From: Dimargaris cristalligena
Lineage: Eukaryota
NCBI GenBank assembly: GCA_003614675.1
Contig: ML002341.1
Span: 1 to 40,217 of the forward strand
Direction: 5' to 3'
DNA length: 40,217 nucleotides
Both the position numbers and the translations under genes were made by a program. The notes beneath the pieces are model-generated. The model did not search any database. It was not told the DNA's origin and was given only the letters and a program-made list of their open reading frames with translations. Shown here in pieces: positions 22,122-34,638 of this stretch. Position 1 is the stretch's first letter, and each line of letters begins with the position of its first letter.

Positions 22122-23447
22122 ATGCTCAAAATGTTCGGCAACTCGAGTGCCCCGCGCACTCGTCTCAACCGCCTCGTATGGTCCTACCTGCCCGACTGGG
22201 TTCTGGTGATCATCATGGCCCTGGCCTTCTTCGCCATTGACAAAATTCACCCCTTCCGCCGTGAATTCTCCCTCGAGGACAAGACTATCCAGCACCCCAT
22301 GAAGCCCGACACCGTCACCCCGACTATGCTTATTATCATTTCCTTCGTCATTCCCATTGTCGTTATCTTTTTTAACGCCGTCTTTATCCGTCGTAGCTGG
22401 TTTGACCTGCACCAGGGCTGGTTGGGTTGTATGCTGGCCCTGACCCTGACTATCATGGTTACCCATACCCTTAAGGTTACCGTGGGTCGTCTGCGCCCCG
22501 ACTTTATCGACCGGTGTAAGCTGGACCGCAGCAACGGAACCCCCACTGACCCTGGCATTGGCCTGTCCAACTCCTCCCTATGCACCCAGACGAACAGTAA
22601 AATCCTCCGGGACGGCATGAAGAGTTTCCCTTCAGGCCACTCCTCCATGACCTTCGCCGGCATGACCTATCTGACCCTGTACCTGGCCGGTAAACTCCAT
22701 ATCCATGACCAGAAGGGTCACACCATCAAGACCTTTATCACCATCATGCCCCTGCTGGGCGCCGCCCTGGTCGCTGTGTCGCGGACCTGTGACTACCGCC
22801 ACCACTGGCAGGATGTCACCATCGGCTCCATCATTGGTATTCTGTGTGCCTACTTCGCCTACCGCCAGTACTATCCCCGTTTGGCTTCCCTCACCTCCCA
22901 CCGGCCCTACTCGCCCCGTATCCCCGCCGACGACGATGAAATGGGTCAAGGTCGCCTGGCCCGGCCCCAGCGCTTCGGCGCCAGCCCCGAGAACTCCATG
23001 TACCCCATCCCCGAGCGTACCAACCCGTCCGGTAAAGCCAGCTCCGCCGGAACCAGCCACCTAAACCCCCATCTTCCCGACTACAATGACACTACCGATG
23101 CCCAGACCATTTCGGATGACCTGGGGTACACTCCGGCGGTCCACCCCCATGATGCCACGGCCATTTCGGTGGTCCCCTACCACGCCAACCGGAGCGGCGG
23201 TGGGAACCAGTATCTCCAATCCCAGCCCTCCTCCTCCTCCCAGTCAGGTAATTTAAATATTGTTCACTCTACTGCTACTTCAACACCCTCTACCTTAAAT
23301 GCCCCCCATGTTTTGGGTGGCCTGTCGCCTACTTACGGTAACCACCCGAGTGATTTTGGCCGGACGAGTTTCAATAGCGAGTCCGAACTATTGCCAGACA
23401 CCAATAGCCCCTACCACCTGCGGGAAATCCGAACCAATGGCCAGTAG
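22122..23447 (+). CDS. DPP1: PAP2-family lipid phosphate phosphatase (DPP1/LPP1-like), 441 aa, single exon
   Basis: All three catalytic motifs are present: KVTVGRLRP (KxxxxxxRP), PSGH and SRTCDYRHHWQD (SRxxxxxHxxxD). About six hydrophobic segments and a long S/P-rich C-tail. DPP1 versus LPP1 orthology is not resolved. Confidence 0.93.
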   Translation: MLKMFGNSSAPRTRLNRLVWSYLPDWVLVIIMALAFFAIDKIHPFRREFSLEDKTIQHPMKPDTVTPTMLIIISFVIPIVVIFFNAVFIRRSWFDLHQGWLGCMLALTLTIMVTHTLKVTVGRLRPDFIDRCKLDRSNGTPTDPGIGLSNSSLCTQTNSKILRDGMKSFPSGHSSMTFAGMTYLTLYLAGKLHIHDQKGHTIKTFITIMPLLGAALVAVSRTCDYRHHWQDVTIGSIIGILCAYFAYRQYYPRLASLTSHRPYSPRIPADDDEMGQGRLARPQRFGASPENSMYPIPERTNPSGKASSAGTSHLNPHLPDYNDTTDAQTISDDLGYTPAVHPHDATAISVVPYHANRSGGGNQYLQSQPSSSSQSGNLNIVHSTATSTPSTLNAPHVLGGLSPTYGNHPSDFGRTSFNSESELLPDTNSPYHLREIRTNGQ

Positions 23448-25207
23448 CAGCACTTTCCCCTCCCCGCTTCTCCATCGACTCTCCCACTCACTTGCCAGTG
23501 TAGTTTATAGTTCATGTTGTCATTTTCTCCTCCTTCTTTTCCCGCCTCTTTCACCCTTCACCTTGCACTTCATATCCATCTACTATATCGACCACCACCA
23601 ATGGACTATCCCAGTTCCCTCTTCGAATCCCAAACGAGAGAAGTATATTGTTTGACTCCGCCATTACATATATCTTGCGTAATTAATTACTATTTTTTAA
23701 TTGGGTGGCTTTAGTTTCGCTTTCTCCGTCACTTTAACGGCTGAACAGCAGGCCTAAACACGACCCCAATAAAACTCCTCCAATATTCGTTCCATTCGGT
23801 GGATTTCCGCTCGTTCGTGCCTGTTTCATCCATTTTTATTCACCGTCATGTCCATTTTTATTTTTGGTCATTCTGCCCCTTTTAACTACTTTCTTTTACC
23901 GTGGCGGTGGCTATACCGATACATTTTCTGACAACCATGGCGACGCGAAACGGGGAGGAGACACACCGAATCATATTTGGTCTTGTGCAACAAGTGGGTG
24001 GGATCCTATAGGTGGAAGTCTCCGGTCGGGTGGTGCCCTATCCTTGGTGACCAAGGGGTTCCTCTCCCTTTCAATAATGAGCTCTTGTTTTTTCCTTATC
24101 TTTTTGATATGGGGAGTGGCGCCTGCTATACATTGCTTCTCTTCCTACACTTTTTTGGCCACCCCCCCTCCTTGCCCCCATTTCCTACTGCGTACAGCTT
24201 GTTTTGGTGTCCCTGATTGAGTAGGCGTCTGGGCAAACTTAACTGCACCGTTGGAATAGAATACTTCTTCTATACGGGGATTGGGGGATGGCGAGGCAGT
24301 GGTTGAAGGAAAGGCAAGGGTATGGAGCGAGGTGGTCGTGTGTGGCGGGTTACACCACCCGGGTGCTAAAGGGGACTCGGCTGATTTCCTCTCTCTTCAC
24401 TATCATATTTCCGTCGTAATGACAGGTGGTATATTCTTGTCACTTGCTTTTGTATGGGGGTGTGGGCTATTACTCAGTCCTTCCGCTGTACCCACTAACC
24501 TCACACATCCCTATTAACTAGCTACTAACTGTCAACTTAATTTTGTTATATGATAATATGCGGTTTTTTGGGGGGGCATTCGATAATAATGCAAATCCTT
24601 ACAATACGATGTCCATACCAATAGCCAGCCGCTACTAGTCACGGTCACGGCGTATATTACCAAGGTGCTTGTAGCTCACCGGCCACTATCTAGACATTCT
24701 ACATAAGACTGTTCTAGCTTCATTGTTCAATGACCTTTCTGATTACTTTAGAGTATGCAATTGGTCTAATAGTGGTGAAAATTTATTATTCTGGTGAGAA
24801 AAACTTTCGGATAGACCACGTGTAACAATTTCCAACCCCTGGGTACCTTTATCGATGTCCTGGCAGCCACTTGAATTTAGCACGCGGATTGGGAACAGTT
24901 AAATCAGTTGAAGGACATATGTGTAGTTCACATTCGCCATTAGTATAGTTGGCCTGTTATATTTTTTTGAATCGCTTTATCATATCTATTTAAGTCACAG
25001 TTGCTATGTGCTGTCTATGTTAAATATCCCCCTCCATTTAGTCTGTATTCCCATATCCCCGCCAATATCATTCGTGGTATCATTTTTTATATTTATTTAG
25101 TCTTTTACGCTCTATTTCAATAATAATACATTCTTTACCCTGTCCCTTGTCAGAATGGTTAAGCTGAAGAAAGTTATGCTTCAGGGAGATAATGTCCGAA
25201 TGAATCA

Positions 25208-26724
25208 TCAGGAATAAAAGTCCGCCAACTCAATGACATCATTGGTGGCGACTACCAAGTAACAGCCGTTGCTTATGGATTTCGATGCGACCAAGTCACT
25301 TAATCGGCAGGCCTTGGGTAGGTATGTTTTGGCCATAATAGAGTATAGTCTCGTTTCCTAGTTGGTGAAATCAAAGCGAATTTCAATGTAGGGGATTGTT
25401 AGTCTCGTATTCCACGGGAATGTCTTAGGTATTCGGGGATAATTGTACAAGTGGGATATCAAGTCAGTCATTTTTACGCGAATACCGACTCCAGCTTAAC
25501 CCCAATAGATTGAATGCAAAATGAATGGATGGTAATTAAATAGATCCTCGGACTGTAATGTATAGATGTGCCTTACTGTAGTCAACGCTGACGGCGATAT
25601 CTTTAGACTCGACCAAATTATATCAATGGCCTTGCCCACCAGAGTATGCTAAACCGAAGAGGGGAGATGAGGTAAAGTACAATTATCGGTAGTCAAATCC
25701 CGGATTAGTCCCTGCAGGATTAAAGTCTCCGAAGGTTGGGGTCCCCCCTATTGGTTCCTATCAATAGTATGTGGGGGGGGGGGGGGGGGAGGAAGAGGAG
25801 GGATTGTGTGGTCCTACCAAAAACCAAAAAACATGGAGCCACATCGAACCCACTAAGTAAGAAAACTCATTCCATAATTTTACCTGGTCAAGATAGCATT
25901 CGAGATCCGGCAAGTTGGGCTTATGGTGAAGGCGAACCCGGAAATAGAGTCGATCGGCTACGGGTGTTTTGGGATTGCCCGTGGCTCGGGTTTTGAGCTT
26001 CATTAGTTCGACCATGGAAACTCGGGGGTTGGACCAGGCGGGGGGTGGTCGCGGTGATACTGATGCTGATACCAATGCTGGTACGGCTGGTTGGCAGGGT
26101 GGGTCAGTTTTGGCTAACGATGCGTTTGGTTTACGAGTGTGACGGTCTAGGCCTAGGGTGGTTCGGATGGCCTCACGCTTTCGTTGGCGATCAACGGCCG
26201 TCTGATCGGCTTCGGCTTGGATTTGGGGGCACTGGTGTTCGTCTGGATGGCGGTGCCTGTGTGTATGCAATATACGGGTATTTATATAGCATATTATAGA
26301 ATACGCCACGGTGAAGGCGGTTAGAATAGGATAATCGGGTTATAATGGGGTTTTCCAAGCGCCGGCCCATTAGGCAGGACTAGCACTGCCTCTTGATACT
26401 CCCATATTAGTTTTCACGGTTATATATTACGTACTCGAAGCAGTAGCCCTGGCGGCACCGGGGACATACGGCGATGGTGATGCTCCGGGTGCGACAGTGG
26501 GAGTTGGCGCAGGGGATTTTCAGTGACTCGAGACGCGGTTGGTTAGGGCCGCTACCGGAAGTTAGGGTGTCGGGGGACTCGGTTGCCGATGGACACTGGT
26601 GACTCAATGGCAGGCGATGGGTGAGGCAGAACGTCTGGTGACATAGTTGGCATACAAACGGCAGAAAGTCCAACTGGCCACACTTGGCCAATGCGCAATT
26701 ATGGCCCACTTGAGGTAGCTCCAT
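25208..26724 (-). CDS. ZFAND1: AN1-type zinc-finger protein with C-terminal ubiquitin-like domain (ZFAND1/Cuz1-like); 4 exons, 294 aa
   Basis: Exons 26724-26435, 26256-25884, 25648-25577 and 25357-25208 total 885 nt with consistent phases. MELPQVGHNC..C..LDFLPFVC..C..FC..HR..H.C; second AN1 finger CPRCRQGYCFE|HRHPDEHQC; MKLKTRATGNPKTPVADRLYF; VGKAID; ISNGCYLVV. Confidence 0.88.
25773..25789. repeat. G17 homopolymer in ZFAND1 intron 2
   Basis: Read directly from the sequence. Confidence 0.85.
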
Positions 26725-27212
26725 GGCTGGTCGACGGGTCAATATGCAACGGAAACAACTAAACAAATGAGTGCGCGCAGTAAAGTATATCAAGAGGAAA
26801 TGCGGATAAGGTAGGGAGAGTAGAGTCCCTTTACTATACGTTGCAAAGTTATTGGAGGCTAATACATTGAAAGCTGGGTGACGTGACATACGCGGGGAAC
26901 TACTTACTTTCCGTTTCTCTCATCCAAAAGGTAAGCCAGCTCACTAGGGCAAGTTGACTGTGCTTATATTGGAATCCGCCTAATGTTTAGTTCGAAAGCC
27001 CTTACACTTTATTTATAGCTTCATTTTTGAGTTGCCAATGTACATTCATTCGATTACTTTCTCTCCGTGAAATATAGCCACTATACCGCTGCCTCGTTAA
27101 TACTACCAATTCTCCTCGTCGAACCCATTCCCCCTCGACATTCCATCGTCAAGTTCGAACGCTAACCTTATTCAACCATACCGAAATTACGCGCACCGCG
27201 TGAATTCCAGTC

Positions 27213-30200
27213 ATGCAGTGGAATCGGCCAGGCAGCCAAAATGCGTCAGGGTTCAAACCCAAGTTTCAATTCGGACTGCAGGCCGGCAAGACCCTATCCA
27301 AACCCGCCGAGAAGAAGCTGACTAAAAATGCACTTACTGGCAATAACGATACGGACGACCAGAGTGACGGTGTCCCTAAATACCGACCCTCCCTTCGGTT
27401 TACTGAGCAGTCCCAGCCACCCATTGGCTCAGAAGGAGAAGATATTACACTCGAGAAACCACCGTCACCACCCGTAGGTAGTTCTTCGCTGCCGGACGAA
27501 GGAACCTCTGAAATACGCCGATGGCCGAGCCCGGAACGAACTGAGTCTGGTGAACATACCCTATCTGCTCCCGAATCGCTCTCTCATGACCAGGCCAATA
27601 TAAAAGCAGTTGGTGGTGCCGTACTAAAGGAAGATGAGGAGGAGGAAGAAGATCCGCTGGAAGCGTTTATGGCAGGTATCGACCGACAGGTTCAGCACGA
27701 ATCAAGTGCCCCGAAGAAATCCCCACCGGTAGGTCTACTTTTATGCATGGATCCCTTAGATTCAACGAATACAATGCGCCATTGTTTGAAATTGTGATAT
27801 CCGCTGTCCTTAAGCCCAACCCTCCACTGCTACTCATCGGAATACGGGTAAATGGTCTACTTTACCACTCTAATACCAATTTGTATTATGTTGTGCTATT
27901 CGACACTACTCTCTATATTCACCACGAACTAGTTCCGGGCTGAACGCTTGAATAAAGATGACCCACTCGATAATTTTCAAGAACTTGAAGAGGCATCGGC
28001 CGCCAACCCGGGTATGTTGGTCCGTACCGGCACCTTGGATAATTCCGACGACGAAGTGTACGAAGCGGCCCGCCTCGCGGACGAGCGACTAGGTGACTCC
28101 GAGTCCACTTCCGAGCCGCTATCCAAAGACGTTGAGCCGCTAGCCGCCATTGATCACTCTAGCATCGCCTACATTCCCATTGAAAAGAATTTCTATCAGG
28201 AACATCCCGACGTCAGTCGGTTGAATGACGCGGAAGTATCCCAACTCCGGCGGGATTTGGATATCTCGGTTCGGGGCGCGGGGGTGCCCCGACTGGGGCT
28301 TTCGTTCGCCCATTTCGGATTAGATACTGACCTGTTGGACGGGATCGCGGCCCACGGCTACCGGGAGCCCACCACGATCCAGAAACAGGCCATCCCCACC
28401 GCCCTCACGGGCCGCGATATTATTGGCATCGCCCAGACGGGTTCGGGCAAAACGGCGGCCTTTATCCTGCCCCTCCTCGTCCACTTGCTGGACCAACCGG
28501 AGCTGGAGCCGGGCGAAGGTCCCATTGGTTTAATTTTAGCCCCGACCCGCGAACTGGTGCAGCAGATCCACCGCGAGGCCCGGCAATTCGCGGGGGTTTA
28601 TGGGGGCGGGGCAGTACGGTGCCGCATGGCTTACGGCGGCACCTCCCGTATGGTCCAGTTCCGGGAACTGCGGCACTCAACCGTAGATATTCTGGTGGCC
28701 ACCCCGGGGCGCCTCATCGATTTGGTGAAAATGAAGGCCACCTCCCTTCGGCGCGTCTCGTACCTGGTGCTGGACGAGGCCGACCGGATGTTAGATTTGG
28801 GGTTTGAACCCCAAGTACGATCGATTTGCGAGCGCATCCGACCCGATCGCCAGACCCTGCTGTTTAGCGCGACTTTCCCCCGAAAAATTGACCATCTGGC
28901 CCGCCAAATCACCCGCGATCCGGTCCGGATTGCGATTGGGCAGATAGGTGAAGCGAACAGTGATATTCGGCAACATTTCCATATTTTACCCGACGACACG
29001 GCCAAATGGGAGTGGCTAAGGGTCCATATTACCCCATATTGTATCGAGGGCAGTGTATTGATTTTTGTCGCCCGAATGGGGGAAGTGGACATTTTGGCCG
29101 AAGGTCTACACGCCATGGGAATAGAATGTAAGTAACTCTCTTTGAATTGTTTAGGCTGGTTATTGCTTCAAAGGACCGGCGTATGACATTTAAATCGTCT
29201 GAAACTCTCGCTTTTTTTTTGGCAGAGGTCGTTGTGGGTCAAGCTACACCACCACCCGGAGGGGGAGAATTTCCGATGGGCGGAATCGAACACCCATTAA
29301 CCGGTGGTGCCACTTTTTCTATTTCCCCGACGGATGCATTGCATATATTTTAGGCGGCACCATCCACGGCGGTATGATGCAGTCTGAACGAGACCGGGTG
29401 ATTCGAGACTTTAAAAACGACAAATTATCGGTGGTCGTGGCGACTGACGTTGCAGGTAAGTAAGCGTGTGGGCTTGGTTTATCCGACTTGCTTTTTAGAG
29501 AGCCGATTGGGATGTTGGAGTTGCTCACCCTTCTTAAATCGACTCTTTCTTTCCAGGGTCAGATTTCGAATTGAATGATGCTATGAAATCCTCATCCCCA
29601 CTTAACCATGCATTTATTTAACGACAGCGGCATTATATATATATATATATATACTCTTTTAGCGCGGGGACTGGATATCAAATCTATCCGGACGGTGATC
29701 AACTACGACCCTGCCCGGGATATCGATTCCCACGTTCATCGAATCGGACGGACGGGTCGGGCGGGTATTAAGGGTGACGCCCATACGCTTTTGAGTGCCA
29801 AGGAATCGAAGGCGGCGGGTGATCTGGTTCGGCTACTGGAGTCGGCAGGGGACAGTGTCCCTACCGAAGTAATGAGTCTGGCTATGCAGGTAAGTAGTCA
29901 AGTGGACTGCATGTTGGGTGGCTGCAGACACGGTAAGGGGTCGATTATATGAAAAAGGGAGGGGTAATTAGATGGATCGAATATGCACATGATATAAAAG
30001 ACGCACCTTGTGAGTTGACTAGGCTGGCGGTAAAGTTCACTTACATACCCTCGTTAAGTTTTTTTACCTCTACCCCAAAGTTGGTGAACTTCGGGTGGAC
30101 TTGATAGCAGGGAATATAGTATAACTCATCGTTGTTTTTAATCTGCACTTCTGAACCATGACATGTCCCGGTGCTAGAATCCCAAATTCCGACAGTCAAG

Positions 30201-30615
30201 GGATTGGACGTCCCATCGTGGTCGTAGAGGCGGCGGTCGAGGTGGAAGAGGCGGTAGAGGAAGAGGGGCGGCTAATCGGCAATGGAACCCGCGGCCCGGC
30301 GCCAATGTCCCGGATTTGGCCCATCTCAGCCCACTGACTGCCGGGGCCCGCTTGGCCGGCGACCGATCGGGGATTGGGGCCTCTGGTCCGAATCGGCCGT
30401 CTGCCTCCCAAGGTCGATCGAACGGCCCCATGTTCCGCCCCGCAAGTAAGCCTTCCGAATTTTCGGGGTCGCATGAAGCGACACCGCTACCGTCGCAGTC
30501 ACAATCACAGCCACCTCCGCTCCCGAACAATGTTAATCCAAGCGAGCCCGACTCTGCGCCGAATGCGAACCCCTCTTCGCCACCTCGTAAACGCAACCGA
30601 TGGGACCAGAAGTAA
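27213..30615 (+). CDS. DDX42: DEAD-box RNA helicase DDX42 (SF3b125)-like; 5 exons, 825 aa
   Basis: Exons 27213-27728, 27933-29127, 29354-29455, 29663-29889 and 30178-30615 total 2478 nt with consistent phases. Helicase motifs [29 protein letters not shown] and [11 protein letters not shown]42-type features: [39 protein letters not shown], an RGG box and terminal RKRNRWD. Confidence 0.9.
29634..29653. repeat. (TA)10 microsatellite next to the 3' splice site of DDX42 intron 3
   Basis: Read directly; the acceptor AG is at 29661-29662. Confidence 0.9.
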
Positions 30616-31333
30616 AAAGGGACCACTTAATTTTGGGTTGGGGTGGGCGCAATCGACGCCTTGCTATACAGGGCTATTTGAATGAATGACCATACTGGCA
30701 GAGTGTATAATTCCATTCAATTGAACCCTGGGGCAGTTTTGGGAGATCGATACTTACAGTCAATAAATACGGCTGTGAACCCTTTGTGCGCTTTGCCCTT
30801 TTGGATGATCCAGGCCGATTGTTGTGTGGTTTTGGCTCAGCCGTCAATAGTACTCTGTAAACACCATGTGAAGGGGGGAGAGATGCACTGGGAAAAGGAT
30901 TTGCCTATCCTAACCGGGTGTGGATTGGTTGTTCAGTGGCCTCTAGAAGAATAGTTTAGTTCAAGCCCCGATGGCCTTTGGTATTCGCCCGCTGAGTTGG
31001 TATTAGAAACACGCTTTCCCACTTCTTTGACGTCTCTCTACTGTTGTTATCTTTGGGGTTTCTTTATAATATGTATTTTTTTTAGTAAGACATTCTACAA
31101 TTGCTTTAATTTTCATGTTGGCCTGTTTGTAAATAGTCTTTTCAGATACCCGAGTTAACTACATAAACTATTCGGTCAGCTCTCGTTGTTACCTTAAGCC
31201 GCTCGACTTTTTCCGCTGGGGTGGAGAGTTAGTATCACCTCCACTGTAGACTTCTCGCTATCTAATTATTCTATTGTTTTGTTGTTTTTTTCGTCCCACG
31301 CATTCGCATTCCGGGGTAACCAGTACGATCAGC

Positions 31334-34300
31334 ATGCAGCCCATGCCCACTGCCCTAAAGCAATTGCTCTCCAAAGGCGATGTCAAAGCCGTCAGCTCCC
31401 TTTTCCACCAGGAACACCCGCGCAGTCGGGCCAGCGGCCGTTGGTCCGGGTCCGTGGGGCTTGGCATACCCCGTAAACCGTCGCACCGTTTACCGCAGGC
31501 CTTCGCCGCTTACATTATCACCACCGAAACCCGGGTCGAGTCTAACGCGGCTCGCAAGAAATACACCGCGTATAAGGTCCTGGTCTCCAACGGACCAACC
31601 CAAACTTGGGTAGTGCGTCGGTATAGTGACTTTTACCAGCTGCACCTTCAGGTCAGTGAATATATACAAAACCCCCCGCTTAGTCCATTTTGCGACCGGG
31701 CCAATTTTTACCCCTTATTTCATCATGATACCTCTCTCCTGTACCCTCATGCGTCTGGCCCAAAGCACTCAATATGCCCTCTCTCTAACGAACTATTCCA
31801 CAAACCTTGCCGCGAATGTACGACTGGTATATTAACCTAATTTTACTCCAATTGCATACCCCGGATTCCCATCTATACGATAAATACCCCCTCCCCTCCT
31901 ATGCTGTGTTTGGCGGGGCTGCAGATTGGCAAACGATTTCCCACCAAGAAGCTTCCCCCATTCCCGCCGAAGCGTTTGCTAGGTAACCATTTTTCATCCC
32001 AGTTCGTGCTGGCCCGCCGGGAGCAGCTCAATCAATACCTGGCGGCCATTACCAGCGACCCGGAAATCCGATGCCTGGATATGGTCAAGGGGTTTTTCAG
32101 TCATATCGCGCTTGAACCAACGTTCTTCGACGGACCATCCAATCCCACCGAAGTGCCAACTAACGGAGTAACCCCACGCCAACGGCCCGGTGGCAATAGC
32201 GGTGCTAGTTCTGCGCATGGTGTTGGAAATAACCGACTGTCGATATTCAGTTTATGGCGCAACTCGTCCAAATCAGCCGAACCCTCTAATAGCCGCAAGC
32301 CGCCCCTACCACCATCGGCCATAGCAGTCGTATGCGCCTCCCAGGCCCCGACCTCCAGCCCCGGAACACCCTTGGCACATGACCTAACCCCGGTCCGGCC
32401 GGTGCCCGTCAAACCGGCCTCACCCGATGACCCTATGCTGAAACGGCGCACCTTCTCCGTTTATAATGCCCGCCGTAAATTAGGTCTAATTAAGCGAAAG
32501 GATCTTACCAAGAAGCGGCGAGTTCACCTACCACCGGTCAATGGGATCCAAACTACCCCATCACCGTCCCAGTCGTCCGAAGCGAAATCTACCGAGGCGC
32601 CGACCCATTCCACGAGAACCCCGGAGGGGGGTGTGGTCAAGGCCAGCCGTCGCTTATCGCTTTCGAGTACCGATGATCCGTACGATCAGGACGAATTAAC
32701 CCGAGATACGTCTAATCCTTGTTTTCCGCGGGACAACACCACTATTGACGATTTCTACCTACTCAAGGTCATCGGGAAGGGCAGCTACGGCAAGGTAAGT
32801 TGTAATAACCCTGGGAACAAATGGAGACTGGTCACATAATACCTTCCACATGATAGCTTTTGCAAGCCCCATGACCAGCGTTGAACATCGACCATAATAC
32901 TATTGGCGAGCTGTATCTAGCCCCATTAATCCAAATACAATTGAAACGAATATCCGACCACCCTTATATGAACAACCCAATTGGACTTCCCTAGGTCATG
33001 CTCGCCCGGCATAAAAACTCGGGCAAAGTGTACGCCATCAAAGTAATCACCAAGAAGTCCCTCCAACGCCGACCCGGGGATATCGCCCGGATTATGGCTG
33101 AGCGCAATGTATTGGCCCGTAATATCAGTCACCCTTTCCTAGTCGGACTCCAGTACGCTTTCCAAACCACCCAGAAGCTGTACTTCTGCATCGACTACGT
33201 CAATGGCGGCGAGCTCTTCTTCCATCTCCAACGGGACCAGCGCTTTGACGAAAGGCGGGCCCAATTTTACGTGGCTGAAATCACCCTGGCCCTGGAGTAC
33301 CTGCACAATCTCAACATTGTCTACCGGGATCTCAAACCCGAAAACTGTCTACTAGACTCCAAGGGTCATATTCGTATCGTCGATTTCGGATTGGCCAAGG
33401 ATGTCTCCCGGGCGGCCGACGCAAAAACCTCCACCTTCTGCGGCACCCCCGAGTACCTAGCCCCCGAAGTCCTCCGCCAGGAGGCCTACGGGAAGAGCGT
33501 AGATTGGTACTGTTTGGGAGCGGTGCTGTACGAAATGTTGGTCGGAGCACCCCCGTTCTACTCGCGTGACAGCAAGGACATGTTCCACGGCATTCTCCAC
33601 GGGTCCCTCGAATTTCCGGACCATGTCAGTCCTGTGGCCCGCGATCTAATCGTCCGACTTACTTCGCGGAACCCACTCACACGGCTGGGATCGGGGGTCC
33701 GGGGCTCGTACCATGTTAAGGCCCATCGGTTTTTTGAGGTAAGCATATCACTGGTTTCGGCTAATGGCTTAAAGTGAAATACCTTTAGAGTATGAAGTCC
33801 CTTAGAATCATTTGGGGGTATGATTACTAACCATTTTCGATGAATTATATTTTATTATTATAATAATTATCTGGGGGGTGTAAATGTCCTAAATTTTTCG
33901 TATTCTCTAGGGTATCAACTGGAAGAGGCTATACACCAAGGAAATCACTCCGCCGTACAATCCGGATGTGGTATGTAGTTTCAGTAATCCTGATTGCCCT
34001 ATTAACGGTTGCATAAAGTACCGGGCCACTCTAATCATCTAACGGCCATTTTAATAACTATAATGGCCATCAACTCTGACCAGTTAGATCCGAATCTAAC
34101 ACATCACTGAACCACAATATTGCCCATTATTGTCCTATTTCTCTCGTCTCGGCCCCCCCCCCCAAAACTGTAGGCCGGTATTTTCGATTTAAAGCACATT
34201 GACCCGGCTTTTAGTAATGAACCCATCCCCCAGTCGCTACTCGATGAGGGAACCATTTCCCTGGCGTTACGCGAAGAAGTCGATAGCCACATTCCCCCTT

Positions 34301-34638
34301 CCTCGTCCGTGGGCGCTGGATTGAACTTCCGCGAAGGTCTAAACACCAGTCCTGACCGAACCGCTAATGGGCAGCTACCCTTATCATTTACACCCACGTC
34401 GACGAAATCGCTATCATCTAATGCGGGCCATATTAGCCGTACCACGACGCCCCAGTTACAGCCTAACCGGCTGCCGGGACTGGGCCCAGGTATGAAGCAT
34501 ATGCCGTCCACTGAGTTTGACCTGGAGCAGGCTATGGAAGAAACGGAGGACGCCTTTCAAGGGTTTTCATTCGTGGCACCGGGTGTGAGCGACGACGAGG
34601 AGAGTGGGCTGTATCATAGCAGTGGCTGCAAACCGTAG
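31334..34638 (+). CDS. SGK3: PX-domain AGC kinase, SGK3/CISK-like; 5 exons, about 818 aa
   Basis: Exons 31334-31651, 31925-32794, 32995-33738, 33911-33970 and 34174-34638 total 2457 nt, all phase 0. PX domain YKVLVS..RRYSDF..FPPKR..RREQL. Kinase motifs GKGSYGKV, AERNVLARNISHPFLVGL, YRDLKPEN, DFG and TSTFCGTPEY. AGC tail PPYNP, DLKHIDPAF and hydrophobic motif FQGFSF. The start codon choice is tentative. Confidence 0.9.

Noticed and set aside
26725-26889. Upstream ATG giving ZFAND1 an MSRH start like HBS1 (13/14-nt match to 8228-8241)
   Set aside because: Family homology begins at MELPQVG (26724). The match is too short to imply duplication.
29590-29610. CCACTTAAC resembling a U12 branch site in DDX42 intron 3
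   Set aside because: The donor is the major-class GTAAGT, not GTATCCTT. I found no minor intron in the window.
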